DNA of 64,000 nt from Candidatus Dojkabacteria bacterium (GTDB taxonomy: Bacteria > Patescibacteriota > Dojkabacteria > J137). A program made the position numbers and the translations under genes. The stretch lies in NCBI GenBank assembly GCA_030950485.1, contig JAUZRK010000001.1, positions 103,998 through 167,997 on the forward strand. Direction: 5' to 3'. Every line of letters begins with the position of its first letter. Within the stretch, counting starts at the first letter, position 1. The notes beneath the pieces were generated by a model. It did not search any database and was not told where the DNA came from. It was given only the letters and a program-made list of their open reading frames with translations. Of the stretch, positions 43,764 through 53,719 are shown piece by piece.

Positions 43764-45281
43764 TCACCCTCCAATCTCAACCCTATAACTCAACGCCTCC
43801 ATTACTTCAGTTTTAGTAATTTCTTTTGAGCCATTTAAATCAGCTATTGTTCTCAATACTTTTAAAAGTCGATAGTAAGATATAGCACTTAAGTTCATTT
43901 TATTAACTGCTAGTTTAAGAATATCTGTGGTTTCTTCATCAAGTTTTATAAATTCCTTAAGTTCTTTTCCATTTAAATCTGAATTAGAAATGATAGAGGG
44001 GTAGTTATTATATCGAGTAATTTGAAGGTTTCTAGCTTTTAGGACTCTCTCTAATTGACTCAGAAGATTCAGAAGAGCTTTGAGAAAAGAGTTTCTCATT
44101 CTCTACTTTCGGAACATTGATCAATAAATCTATTCGGTCCAGAATTGGCCCTGAGAGACGCTTTAAGTACCTAGCAGATTCCATTGGATTACAGCTACAT
44201 TCTCTAACAGGATCTCCTTTATAACCACATTTACAAGGATTCATTGCTGCTACTAATGTAAAGTTCGCAGGAAATGTTAAAGATCCAGAGGCTCTAGAAA
44301 TTGTGACAACTTTATCTTCAAGGGGCTGTCTTAGTGCTTCTAATGATTTAGAAGAAAACTCTGGGAACTCATCAAGGAAAAGTACTCCTCTGTGTGAAAG
44401 AGAGATTTCTCCTGGTTTAATTTGTCCTCCACCTCCGACTAGCGCTACTTGCGACGAAGTATGGTGGGGACTTCTAAATGGTCTGTCTTTAATAAGTGGT
44501 TCTTCTTTTGAAGTAAGGCCACATACGCTATAAATTCTTCTAATTTCTAATGATTCATTCGTGGTTAGTTCAGGAAGTATTGATCAAAAGCATTTAGAAA
44601 GCATAGTCTTTCCAGATCCAGGAACTCCCGACATTAAAACAGACCTCCTGCAGCTGCAATTTCCAAAGCTCTTCTCGCATGTTCCTGGCCTTTTACCTGG
44701 GCGAAATCATAGGCATATTCCTTAATCTTTTGCTTCATGTCTTTCTCTTTTCTTTGATAGACAGGTATTTCAGTTATTCCATCAAAATGATTCAATATTT
44801 CTTTTATAGTATTAACTCCATAAACTTTAATTCCAGAAATTAGGGAAGCTTCATCTGCATTTTCAATAGGAAGATATATCTCCTTATAGCCAAGCTTATG
44901 AATAGCATCAGCAATTGGCAGTATCCCTTTTACTGGTCTTAACCTTCCATCGAGTGCAAGCTCTCCAATAAATAGTTTATCTTTTGTATTAAAGTGAATT
45001 TGTCTTGAAGCTAGTAAGTAACCGAGGGCTAGCGGAAAATCGTAACTTGGACCAGACTTATTTAATTCTGCAGGCGCTAGATTCATAATTATTTTCATTG
45101 GAATAAACTCAGCTCCTGAGTTTATTATAGCCGACGGTATACGATCATTCGCTTCTTGAATAGATTTATCAGCAAGCCCTACAATTGAGATATGTGTATT
45201 TCCTTTCCTATAATCAACCTCAACTTCAACGATTTTACAGTCTAGACCAACAAGAGCTGCGGTATATAGTTTTGCAATCAT
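43764..45281 (-). pseudogene. comM: YifB/ComM Mg-chelatase-like AAA+ ATPase, disrupted
   Basis: VKGQEHARRALEIAAAG, GVPGSGKT, PFRSPHH, DEFPEF, AMNPCKCG, SGPILDRID; apparent 4-nt deletion ~44642, TGA 44584-44586, shift ~44045. Confidence 0.9.
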
Positions 45282-45353
45282 TCTTTATTTTAAATCGGAA
45301 AGTAATCTGTGGATTTAGAAAGTAGAGTAGAGTGAAAGAGTTTTGAAAGAATT

Positions 45354-45432
45354 TCAAAGTAAAAAGTACAAAGTCAAAATGTCTTATACACTGAATTTCA
45401 TGTTAGTTTTATTACTTTTGATTTTTTACTTC
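45354..45432. repeat. Gene-less AAAAGT-heptamer hairpin upstream of comM
   Basis: tcaaagt aaaaagt acaaagt caaaat ... acttttg atttttt actt. Confidence 0.6.
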
Positions 45433-45506
45433 TTGATAGTTAATATTGTGCCATGGCGCATTTAATGATATACTTACTCTCGATACATAAGATATTACAA
45501 AATAAT

Positions 45507-45769
45507 ATGGAAATGTATTAAAAACGGTAAGGCCGCCTGATGAAGGGCCACAGAAACCTACTGAGAATATCAGTATTTTCGATAAGTTCATTAATGCTTC
45601 ACTAGATCTTCTTCAACATTACATTGACTACAAAATAAAATCAGAACTCTGGGAAATTGGGACAGAGCTAGTATCAGGATTTCTTGAAGGTGTAAACCTG
45701 ACAGATATAAATTTTGATGAGCTACTAGATGGATTTGAAGATCTGGTAAGTGGAGGACTGGAGCAGTAG
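45507..45769 (+). pseudogene. Small acidic ORF with 1-nt shift near start
   Basis: ATG GAA then shifted open frame VLKTVRPPDEG...SGGLEQ*. Confidence 0.4.
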
Positions 45770-45825
45770 TTACAGGCTATTTATTAGCTTCCTTGTGTTT
45801 TGTATACTCCTGAAAGAATTTTTAT

Positions 45826-45862
45826 TTAGAATAATTAGTTAAATTAGAGCAATTAGCATAAT
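45826..45862. repeat. Orphan 9-mer AATTAG array, same unit as 43691-43730
   Basis: ttagaa taattagtt aaattagag caattagca taatt. Confidence 0.7.
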
Positions 45863-45873
45863 TCTGTATTGAT

Positions 45874-46494
45874 CTAATAATTTAACTCCTCGAAATCAAC
45901 TAGCTCATTCGCATCATCAAATTTAAGTTTCATAGCTCCTCCCATCGGAATAAAATTTGCTTGCTTATGTAGCGAGACATTTGGATCAATTTCAATACTT
46001 CGTTTTTTCATAGAATAAATCATCATTGGGTCGCCATGAGAGCAAATTATAAATGATTCATTTTTATGCTCTTTCAATTTTGAAGAAATGAATTTATTCA
46101 TTCTTGTATAAACTGAATCTAGAGTTTCACCTCCAGCAGCTATGTGTTCTTCACTAACATACATAGTAGTACCATTATTAAGTTTATAGTACTCATCAAT
46201 TCTTAATCCTTGAAGAGGGGAGTAGGGCTCGATTAAATCAAGGCTAACATCCACTTTTTTCTCATTTCTTTCCTCATCCTCCCAAATCCCATATTGAAGA
46301 ATGTCTACAGTTTCTAAAATTCTATTAATTGGACTTGCGTAAATAGCAGAGATTTCTAGTTCTTTGTAAAAAGGACATAGTTCCTTTATCTGCTTTATTC
46401 CCTGGATAGCAAGACTAATATCTGGCATCCTTAGCGGCATTATATTTCTAGGATTTGAGTAGATCCCATGTCTTTGTAAAAAAATCGTTGTCAA
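45874..46494 (-). CDS. Histidine phosphatase family protein
   Basis: QRHG, YASP, CSHGDP. Confidence 0.88.
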   Translation of the reverse strand: MTTIFLQRHGIYSNPRNIMPLRMPDISLAIQGIKQIKELCPFYKELEISAIYASPINRILETVDILQYGIWEDEERNEKKVDVSLDLIEPYSPLQGLRIDEYYKLNNGTTMYVSEEHIAAGGETLDSVYTRMNKFISSKLKEHKNESFIICSHGDPMMIYSMKKRSIEIDPNVSLHKQANFIPMGGAMKLKFDDANELVDFEELNY

Positions 46495-46633
46495 TTTAGT
46501 AATTATTAATTTTTAATTATTTTTGCTTATATTTCTTGGCTATTATAAGCAACACCATAAGTCATAGTAACTAAATAACTAATAAGACAAAGCTTACTCT
46601 AAGTTACCTAGTTACTATTTTTTCAATTTGATT

Positions 46634-48091
46634 TTATCTATACAGATCCTTAAAATTCTCCCAAACATTATAATATCCATATTCATTTACATAACCTTTA
46701 TCACTTACATCTAAGCTATCCCATTGATCGTCAGTCATATATTCTTTTAATACATAAAGATTATGATTAGAAGATAGATAATCAAATTGAGCGCTTAACT
46801 CATAATAAGTTCCTTCATTATACTTATAGCTATCATATCTATATGCTTCAGGTTCTGGAAATCTTTTATTTGTATTAATTTCACCATCTTTTATTAAATC
46901 AGCATCCTCTAAGAGTTCAACCAATCTATTGCTCTGGCTTCTTTCAGACACTGAGAACATATTAAAATATGGAACTAGAATAAAAAATGCCAGTAAAAGA
47001 AAGTTGAATATTGGTAAAAACTTCAAAGAAATTTTCTTATGTAGTTGTAGTTGAACAAATGCGAATATCGCTGTTACCCAAATTAATACATAGTTAAATC
47101 TAGATGCAGTTATACCAAATTCATTAATTCTAATCATTAACCCCACTATAAACATTATCAAAGGAATTATTCCAACAATACCTAAAACTCTAATTGATTT
47201 TTTAAACCACTTATTTCCTTCCTCAAACAGAAGTGGATACATTGTATATGCATAAAATAAGTACGCTCCAATAAATGCACTTGATGCTGGAGTCAAAGTA
47301 TTCTCTGGTGTTTCATCAACAATAACTCTTATAGCAAATAGTATTAATATAAAACTATAAATAGATAAAAACGGAAGTGTAATTATCTGATTTAGTTTAA
47401 TTAAGAATCTTTGTGAATGGACATCCGCGTCATGTTCTTGAAAGTTCTCAGGAATCCAATTTAAGAAGAGTGCTGTACCTGTTAGTGTTCCTAATGTTAA
47501 TAAATACATTGAAATCCTAGCTGTAAAATTACCGCTAAAATCAATACCTAATAATCCCAAAGTTAAAGCAAGCAGTAGGAACAATGCTCCTGTTGCTAGT
47601 GCTGCAAAAATATATCCTATAAAGAAGCTTCTAATTAAACTCACTACGTAATACCAATATCTACTGTCCTTTACTTTTATCATTAAGAACGGCCCAGTAA
47701 ATAAACCTACTGAAATTAGATTCGTTAATAATGAGTAGTATGAAAATCGCCTCATACTTTCAGCAGGATACTCTACCTCTCTAAAAAGCCAGAAAGTTAC
47801 TGCAGAGATGAAACCAAATGAAACAAGGTATGAAAATACAGCTAAAGCCGTATCTTTGTTTTTTCTTCTTTCCAAAGTCAAACCAATTGCTAGGAATGCT
47901 ACTGTTGAAACTGCTACAGAAGCAAATAATTTAAACATAAATGTTGCTTGATCAAGATCACCGCTTGTCTCTCCTATTAACTGTGTCTCAATTAATATAT
48001 TAAAGATTAAAGTAGCCGAGACTATTCCTATTAGTACTGCAGGAAATCTCTTAGGTAAATAGGCAATATTTTTTAATGATTCGAAATTCAT
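46634..48091 (-). CDS. DUF4153-like integral membrane protein
   Basis: KRFP N-terminus, IRINEFGITASR, SVSERSQ, many TMs. Confidence 0.75.
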   Translation of the reverse strand: MNFESLKNIAYLPKRFPAVLIGIVSATLIFNILIETQLIGETSGDLDQATFMFKLFASVAVSTVAFLAIGLTLERRKNKDTALAVFSYLVSFGFISAVTFWLFREVEYPAESMRRFSYYSLLTNLISVGLFTGPFLMIKVKDSRYWYYVVSLIRSFFIGYIFAALATGALFLLLALTLGLLGIDFSGNFTARISMYLLTLGTLTGTALFLNWIPENFQEHDADVHSQRFLIKLNQIITLPFLSIYSFILILFAIRVIVDETPENTLTPASSAFIGAYLFYAYTMYPLLFEEGNKWFKKSIRVLGIVGIIPLIMFIVGLMIRINEFGITASRFNYVLIWVTAIFAFVQLQLHKKISLKFLPIFNFLLLAFFILVPYFNMFSVSERSQSNRLVELLEDADLIKDGEINTNKRFPEPEAYRYDSYKYNEGTYYELSAQFDYLSSNHNLYVLKEYMTDDQWDSLDVSDKGYVNEYGYYNVWENFKDLYR

Positions 48092-48233
48092 TTTTAATTT
48101 ATTAAGTGTTAGTAATAGTATAGTAGACTAATAGGGGAATATAAAGGGACTATTATTTTGCTATTATTTTAGTATGGTAATAACCACATAATTAATTGTC
48201 AACATCAGTCTGACGCGTTTCATCAAGCACTTG

Positions 48234-48779
48234 CTAGACAACTTTTACATATATTCTAAATTCATACCTAATCTCACACTCTAAAACTCTAGTTACAAAT
48301 TTCTGACTTTTCTCTATCTTCCATATTGAATCATTAATTTCGGGGAAGAAAATATCACCTTCTATTTCATGATCTAAAACAGTTAAATATAACTTATCTG
48401 CTTTATCTATAAATTCATTATAAAGACTCGCACCTCCAAAAATAAAAATCTCTTCAGAACCAGGAGAGTTGTTTGCGATTTCTAAAGCGCTTTCAATATT
48501 ATTAGCTAATTGCCCCTCACCCGTTTCTAAATCACTATTTGAGCTAAGAATTATATTTGTTCTGCCTGGTAGAGTTTTTGGTTTATCTAATTTCTTTCCA
48601 TCTGAACCCTTAAATGATTTAAAACTAGAGATGGACTCGAAGTTCTTTCGCCCCATTATTATCGGATGTCCCATTGTAAGTTTTTTGGTTCGTTGATAGT
48701 CTTCAGTTATATGCCAAGGGATTGTATTACCCTTTCCTATAACATTATTTTTAGACATTGCTGCGATTATTGAAATCAT
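48234..48779 (-). CDS. folA: Dihydrofolate reductase
   Basis: IIAAMSKNNVIG, IPWH, IMGRK, LPGRTN, IFGGA, GDIFFP. Confidence 0.96.
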   Translation of the reverse strand: MISIIAAMSKNNVIGKGNTIPWHITEDYQRTKKLTMGHPIIMGRKNFESISSFKSFKGSDGKKLDKPKTLPGRTNIILSSNSDLETGEGQLANNIESALEIANNSPGSEEIFIFGGASLYNEFIDKADKLYLTVLDHEIEGDIFFPEINDSIWKIEKSQKFVTRVLECEIRYEFRIYVKVV

Positions 48780-48857
48780 TCTTTTTATTGATACCAATTC
48801 TATTTTACATCATGGGAAATATTAAGGCGAGTTTATGGTGTTGGTTCGGGCGACGAT

Positions 48858-48885
48858 GAAGGCGACAATCATGATTGTCGCCTTC
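48858..48885. repeat. Perfect 28-bp palindrome in the divergent folA/kinase intergenic region
   Basis: GAAGGCGACAATCATGATTGTCGCCTTC with partial copies on both sides. Confidence 0.8.
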
Positions 48886-48936
48886 GGATAATTGCCGCCT
48901 TCATTAAAAAAGGTTAATGAAATATAATCATTGAAA

Positions 48937-49962
48937 ATGACTGAAAAATTAATAAAAAAAATATTAAAAAAATATGGATATGATGTTGTAAAAATATATC
49001 CAGAGCAATCAGGGTATCGTAATAAATCTTATGCGGTTGATGTGATGCATTTGTATGATTCTGTAAGGGCAAAAAATATTTTGCCCCTACAGAGAAAACG
49101 AAATTTGATCCTTTATAAAAATGAGCAAGGAATTATTAAAAAAATACAAAACGCAAACGCAGTTTCAAATTTCCTCGCAGAACAAGGCATTCCATCAAGA
49201 AAATCTCTTGGGAAAATAATTAGGTTGCATGATGAGAAAATAGAAAGATTCGCATGTTTGTACAACTATCTTCCAGGAGAAACCATTTCATGGGAAGCTT
49301 ACAATAAAGAACATATTAAACTATTAGGGAAGGCAATGAGCGATATGCATTTTTATTTAAAGGATTATTCTAAAAAGGATAAGTTGGAAAGTATTGATGA
49401 AATCATTAAAAACCAGGCGAATAAAATGATTCAATATTTTAAAAAAGAGGGTGTTAGAAATGCGATGGTTAGGAAATTGGGATTGATATGTAATATAAAT
49501 TTTATAAACAAATTCGTAGGGGCCGAAAATCTTCGGCCCCTACAAAACATATATTCAGATCAATCTATTCCCCTCCACATGGACCTCGTCCGTAGCAACG
49601 TTCTATTTGATTTAGATAAAAATAAAGACATATTTATTTCAGGAATCATAGATTTCGAAAAAGTAGCAAAGGGAAATCGAATATTTGATATCGCGAGAAC
49701 CTTGGCGTTTCTTCTTGTAGATTGTAAATATAAAGATCCAGTTAAAATTAGGAAATACTTTTTAATAAGTGGATATAAAAAAAGAGAGCTAGAAGATTTA
49801 CCAGATTTAACTCATTTAAACTATTTAATTTACTATTTTTTAACATACGATTTTTATAAATTCTTAAGACATAATCCTTATGAATCATTAAACTCGAATG
49901 AGCATTTTATTCGTACGAAAAACTTTTTACTAAGTAAAAAAATCCTGATAAGCTGTAGTTAA
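48937..49962 (+). CDS. APH/choline-kinase/ThrB-II-like phosphotransferase with two in-frame REP insertions
   Basis: GYRN, YLPG, LHMDLVRSNVLF, IIDFE. Confidence 0.85.
   Translation: MTEKLIKKILKKYGYDVVKIYPEQSGYRNKSYAVDVMHLYDSVRAKNILPLQRKRNLILYKNEQGIIKKIQNANAVSNFLAEQGIPSRKSLGKIIRLHDEKIERFACLYNYLPGETISWEAYNKEHIKLLGKAMSDMHFYLKDYSKKDKLESIDEIIKNQANKMIQYFKKEGVRNAMVRKLGLICNINFINKFVGAENLRPLQNIYSDQSIPLHMDLVRSNVLFDLDKNKDIFISGIIDFEKVAKGNRIFDIARTLAFLLVDCKYKDPVKIRKYFLISGYKKRELEDLPDLTHLNYLIYYFLTYDFYKFLRHNPYESLNSNEHFIRTKNFLLSKKILISCS
49060..49093. repeat. REP-like palindrome in frame (SVRAKNILPLQR)
   Basis: TCTGTAAGGGCAAAA-AATA-TTTTGCCCCTACAGA. Confidence 0.88.
49516..49543. repeat. REP-like palindrome in frame (VGAENLRPLQ)
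   Basis: GTAGGGGCCGAA-AATC-TTCGGCCCCTAC. Confidence 0.9.
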
Positions 49963-50010
49963 CTTAGAACAAAAAAAGACTCTCCATTTTAAATATTTAC
50001 TTCAAAAAAA

Positions 50011-50589
50011 ATGGCTGAAAAAAAGAAGAGAACTAGTTTTAACTGGCGGACCAGACTCGCGGCGCAATCAGATTTAATGGATTTAGGAGAAAGGATTAGA
50101 GCAAAGAAAAAGAAAATAGTTTTTACAGCAGGAAACTGGGATTTACTTCATGTAGGACAAACTAGATATCTTCAAAAAGCTAAGGAATTAGGAGATGTAT
50201 TAGTCGTTGGAGTAGCTAGTGATATTGCTGTTAGAGAGAAGAAGGGAAAGAACAAGCCTATTTTAGGAGAATTAATTAGAGCCGAAATGTTAGCTAATAT
50301 TCGGTGGGTAGATTTTGTTACTATCTTTCCAGAGACAAGTTGCCAGCCATCTTTAGGACTTTTAAAACCAGATGTGTTTCTAACTGTTGTAGAAGATTGG
50401 AATACAGATTTTGAAAATTCCAAGGAGTATAAAACTGTAACTAGCTATGACGGGGAAGTTGTAAAAGCCGATAGGCAATCTCCATTTCTTTCAACAACAA
50501 AAATACTAGATAGAGCAATTGGAGGAAAGCTTAGCGATATGTTTAAAGATTTTATGGACTACAGAAAGGATCCGTTAAGAGAAAAATAA
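50011..50589 (+). CDS. Cytidylyl/adenylyltransferase (RfaE-II/TagD-like)
   Basis: FTAGNWDLLHVGQ, GDVLVVGV, KPI..R, STTKI. Confidence 0.88.
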   Translation: MAEKKKRTSFNWRTRLAAQSDLMDLGERIRAKKKKIVFTAGNWDLLHVGQTRYLQKAKELGDVLVVGVASDIAVREKKGKNKPILGELIRAEMLANIRWVDFVTIFPETSCQPSLGLLKPDVFLTVVEDWNTDFENSKEYKTVTSYDGEVVKADRQSPFLSTTKILDRAIGGKLSDMFKDFMDYRKDPLREK

Positions 50590-50592
50590 TAT

Positions 50593-51177
50593 ATGGAAAA
50601 GAAATTAAACGAAAAATTACTAGAAGCTATAGCAATTATGTCTAATGTTATGCGAGATGTAGTTTCTAAAGGCTATATTTGGGGCGGGTGTGTAGCTGAT
50701 GTATATTCAGGAGACTTTGTAAGAGAGCATGAAGATATTGAGTACTTAATTGAAGATCTTCATAAAAAATTATTGCTCATTATTAAAACATTTAACGTTT
50801 ACGGTTGGGAGATCGAAAGTTTAACTAATGGAGATCTTAAAGCTAAATCTGGAGATGTTGAAATTTTAATGAGTCATGCAGAATTTCCTGAAGGGAAGGA
50901 GTATGCGAGATGGTATTACAAGCCAGAACTTGGTTATATTGAGTTTCCATATGAATGGTTAAATCAAGAAACTATCCTGTTTAACGGTGTCCCTCTTAAT
51001 GCAGTCAGCCCTGAATTCCAATATGTATTAAGGAAAAATCCTAAGTCATTAAATCCTATTTGGAAGACTAGAGATAAAGATTCTCATGATCTAGCTAGAT
51101 TAAAAGAGATCATTATAAAAAGGGGAGTAGATTTGGAAAGTCTAGATTCAAATATAAAATTAGTAAAAATTATATAG
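50593..51177 (+). CDS. Nucleotidyltransferase, ANT(2'')/Lnu-like family
   Basis: IWGGCVADVYSG..REHEDIE, RDKDSHD. Confidence 0.7.
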   Translation: MEKKLNEKLLEAIAIMSNVMRDVVSKGYIWGGCVADVYSGDFVREHEDIEYLIEDLHKKLLLIIKTFNVYGWEIESLTNGDLKAKSGDVEILMSHAEFPEGKEYARWYYKPELGYIEFPYEWLNQETILFNGVPLNAVSPEFQYVLRKNPKSLNPIWKTRDKDSHDLARLKEIIIKRGVDLESLDSNIKLVKII

Positions 51178-52182
51178 TTGAAAGTAGATAACAAAGTAAC
51201 AGCAAAATTAAATGAACAAGAAAAACAGGAGCTCTATAAAAACGCTAGGGCTAAAGCTTGGTACGATGGGATTTGGCAAACTGTAGGAAAGTGTGTTTTC
51301 TGCGATCTTCGAGATAAATATATTATTCATGAGGAACATGGAATTGTTTTAACTGTAAATATCTACCCGTATATTGACGGTCAAATGCTAGCTGTTCCTA
51401 GAAATCATATTAAATCCCCGAAGGAATTAACTGAAAGACAATGGGAGACAATGAGAAAATTTAGCTATATTGCTAAGAAATTAATAAGAAAGACTCATGG
51501 TCATAAAGGTATGTGGAGCCTACTTAGAGAGGGCGGCATTAATGCTCAGATGAGTGTTTCTGATCATTTACATATGCAATTTATACCCTTCGATAACTCA
51601 GACCTTGCGACATGGAACTACCGTGAGTTAAAGCATACGCCGCTTGAGAATGCTGGACTTTATAAAGAGAACTTTAAGGTTATTCAAAAGAATGCTATTA
51701 AGTTCGATGAGAAATATAGCTCAGGGCAGCTATTAAATTTAATCACGGATTGTATTTTCAAAAATGAAAAAGGTGAAGCGCTTCTAATAAAAAGATGTGA
51801 AGATCATAAAATAGAAGGTTATGATTATTGCTTCCCGGGAGGTCATCTTGATCATGTAGATCAAGGAGTTTTTGGATCACTTTTCGATGAAATGAAAGAA
51901 GAGGTAAATTATTCGATAAAAGAGGAGAGTGTTAAGTTACTCGATTCGAGACTTTCTAAAATCACTTATCTAAATGATTCAAAATATTTAGGAGTCGAGA
52001 TGAAGAATTCTGAAAACGTTTTATGGAATATATACTACTACGATAAAGTAGTTAATTCATCAGAGTTTAAAGCAGGCGATGATGCCGACAGTTTGTATTG
52101 GATAAAAGAAGACGAGGTCGATAAATTCAAAGGTATATCTAAGGAGACTAAAGAAATTTTACATAAGTTTTTTTCACTATGA
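51178..52182 (+). CDS. HIT (HxHxQ type) - NUDIX fusion protein
   Basis: CVFC, NIYPY, VPRNH, HLHMQ; FPGGH...EMKEEV, AGDDA. Confidence 0.85.
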   Translation: MKVDNKVTAKLNEQEKQELYKNARAKAWYDGIWQTVGKCVFCDLRDKYIIHEEHGIVLTVNIYPYIDGQMLAVPRNHIKSPKELTERQWETMRKFSYIAKKLIRKTHGHKGMWSLLREGGINAQMSVSDHLHMQFIPFDNSDLATWNYRELKHTPLENAGLYKENFKVIQKNAIKFDEKYSSGQLLNLITDCIFKNEKGEALLIKRCEDHKIEGYDYCFPGGHLDHVDQGVFGSLFDEMKEEVNYSIKEESVKLLDSRLSKITYLNDSKYLGVEMKNSENVLWNIYYYDKVVNSSEFKAGDDADSLYWIKEDEVDKFKGISKETKEILHKFFSL

Positions 52183-53138
52183 AATTCTTCGACTGGAATG
52201 AATACGCATTTAAAAGTAAGAGTGATATCAAATCATTAAAACCATTGGTGTTTTTAGCCGCTCCGAGGAAATTAAGTGAACAATATGTAGTAAATTTATT
52301 CAAGAGTTATGCTACGAGTTCCAATGTACTTATAGGTATAGCTAAAGAGGACTTTATTAAAGGTTTTGAAGACCAAGAGCAATTTCGTACTTTGAAGCTT
52401 ACTGATATAGAAAATTTTGTCGATAAGGTTCGGAAGTCTAAGGCTAAAGATCGACTGCATTTTATTGAATACTTCCAAGATGATCTAATCCATATTTTAG
52501 AGAAGATACCTTTTAAAAAAGTACTGTTTGTTAACGGGTCATGGAGTAGAGTCTTCCATACAAGGTCTGAATTTTATACTTTGGTAAAAAATAAAATAGA
52601 TTATGAACTAGTCTCTGCGTTTAGTTCGGAAGAAGAGGCGAAAGAGTATTTTAAAAGTATAAAGTCAAAAGTACAAAAAGATACAAAGAAAATTAAAATT
52701 GGACATATATTTAAAGATGATAACGAGGCGTTTGAACTTGTAGATAACATAGCTAAATTCAGTTTTGACAATTCTTTTCAGACCGGAGCAGTCTTAACTA
52801 AGAATAAGAAGTTACTTGCTTATAGTTGGAACAGGGTCGTGCCGTATGAAACGTACGCTTTGTTAAACGGTTATCAAAGAGAAATTCATTTAAGTCCGCC
52901 TAACGATACTAATCATTACGATACTAATCACGCGGAGGTTGAAATGTTAATTAAGGCGAATAAAGAAAATATTGATTTAGCTGGAACGACTCTTTATATA
53001 AATTTATTACCTTGTCCTAGTTGCGCAAGAATGATTTGCAATACTGAAATTTCTGAGATTAAATATAAGATCGATCATAGTGAGGGTTATGCGTTTGATT
53101 TGCTCAAAAAAGCTGGGAAGGAGGTGGAGAGAGTTTAG
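52179..53138 (+). CDS. dCMP-deaminase-like protein with ~180-aa N-terminal domain
   Basis: HAE and PCPSC zinc motifs. Confidence 0.85.
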   Translation: MKFFDWNEYAFKSKSDIKSLKPLVFLAAPRKLSEQYVVNLFKSYATSSNVLIGIAKEDFIKGFEDQEQFRTLKLTDIENFVDKVRKSKAKDRLHFIEYFQDDLIHILEKIPFKKVLFVNGSWSRVFHTRSEFYTLVKNKIDYELVSAFSSEEEAKEYFKSIKSKVQKDTKKIKIGHIFKDDNEAFELVDNIAKFSFDNSFQTGAVLTKNKKLLAYSWNRVVPYETYALLNGYQREIHLSPPNDTNHYDTNHAEVEMLIKANKENIDLAGTTLYINLLPCPSCARMICNTEISEIKYKIDHSEGYAFDLLKKAGKEVERV

Positions 53139-53342
53139 AGTTATGGGTTTTGGGTTTATAGTGTACTAAAATTTTCGTACATTCTTTAAAAATTTAATCT
53201 GTATTATTCACCTCATAGGGGGATAGAAAACCTAAAGATCTGTATTAATCCGTTTAATCAGTTAAATCTGTGTTCTATTTTCAATGGTCAAATTGAACAC
53301 TGATAAAACTGATCAGTACTGATTCTATTACAATTTGAACAA

Positions 53343-53714
53343 TTTACTTTTGACTTTATATTTTTAACTTTTTACTTTATTTATAGTTAAAGGGATCATT
53401 TAAATGTTTAGTTATAAGCCAACCGGCATACGGGGTTTGATATAGTAAACTAAACAATTCAGCTCTTAAAAAAATTAGTGCAATCCCCTCCTACGGAGGG
53501 GTACCCGACAGGGCAGGGAGGGTAGCGAGCATTTAAAAAGCTCTCGAGTCAGGATTTAACATACCCAACCCCTTCCGTATTAGCTACGCTAATCCACCTT
53601 CCCGAAGGGAAGGATTAAAACATAAATACAGAGTGAGACTTTTTTCTCACAACTTTTATTTTAGAATAATTAGGATAATTTGCTTTTGACTTTATACTTT
53701 TAACTTTTTACTTT
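53343..53714. mobile_element. MITE-like GC hairpin pair (DUF559-flank type) between two 36-bp heptameric direct repeats
   Basis: Direct repeats 53343-53378 and 53679-53714 (34/36 identical); CCCCTCC-TAC-GGAGGGG at 53485; CCTTCCC-GAA-GGGAAGG at 53597. Confidence 0.55.
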
Positions 53715-53719
53715 GCACT

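Noticed and set aside
48937-51177. Aminoglycoside resistance cassette (APH + ANT)
   Set aside because: Only fold-level motifs; the context is a nucleotide-metabolism operon with no integron or IS features.
53343-53714. CRISPR array from the 36-bp direct repeats
   Set aside because: Only two copies 300 bp apart, low-complexity heptameric, no cas genes.
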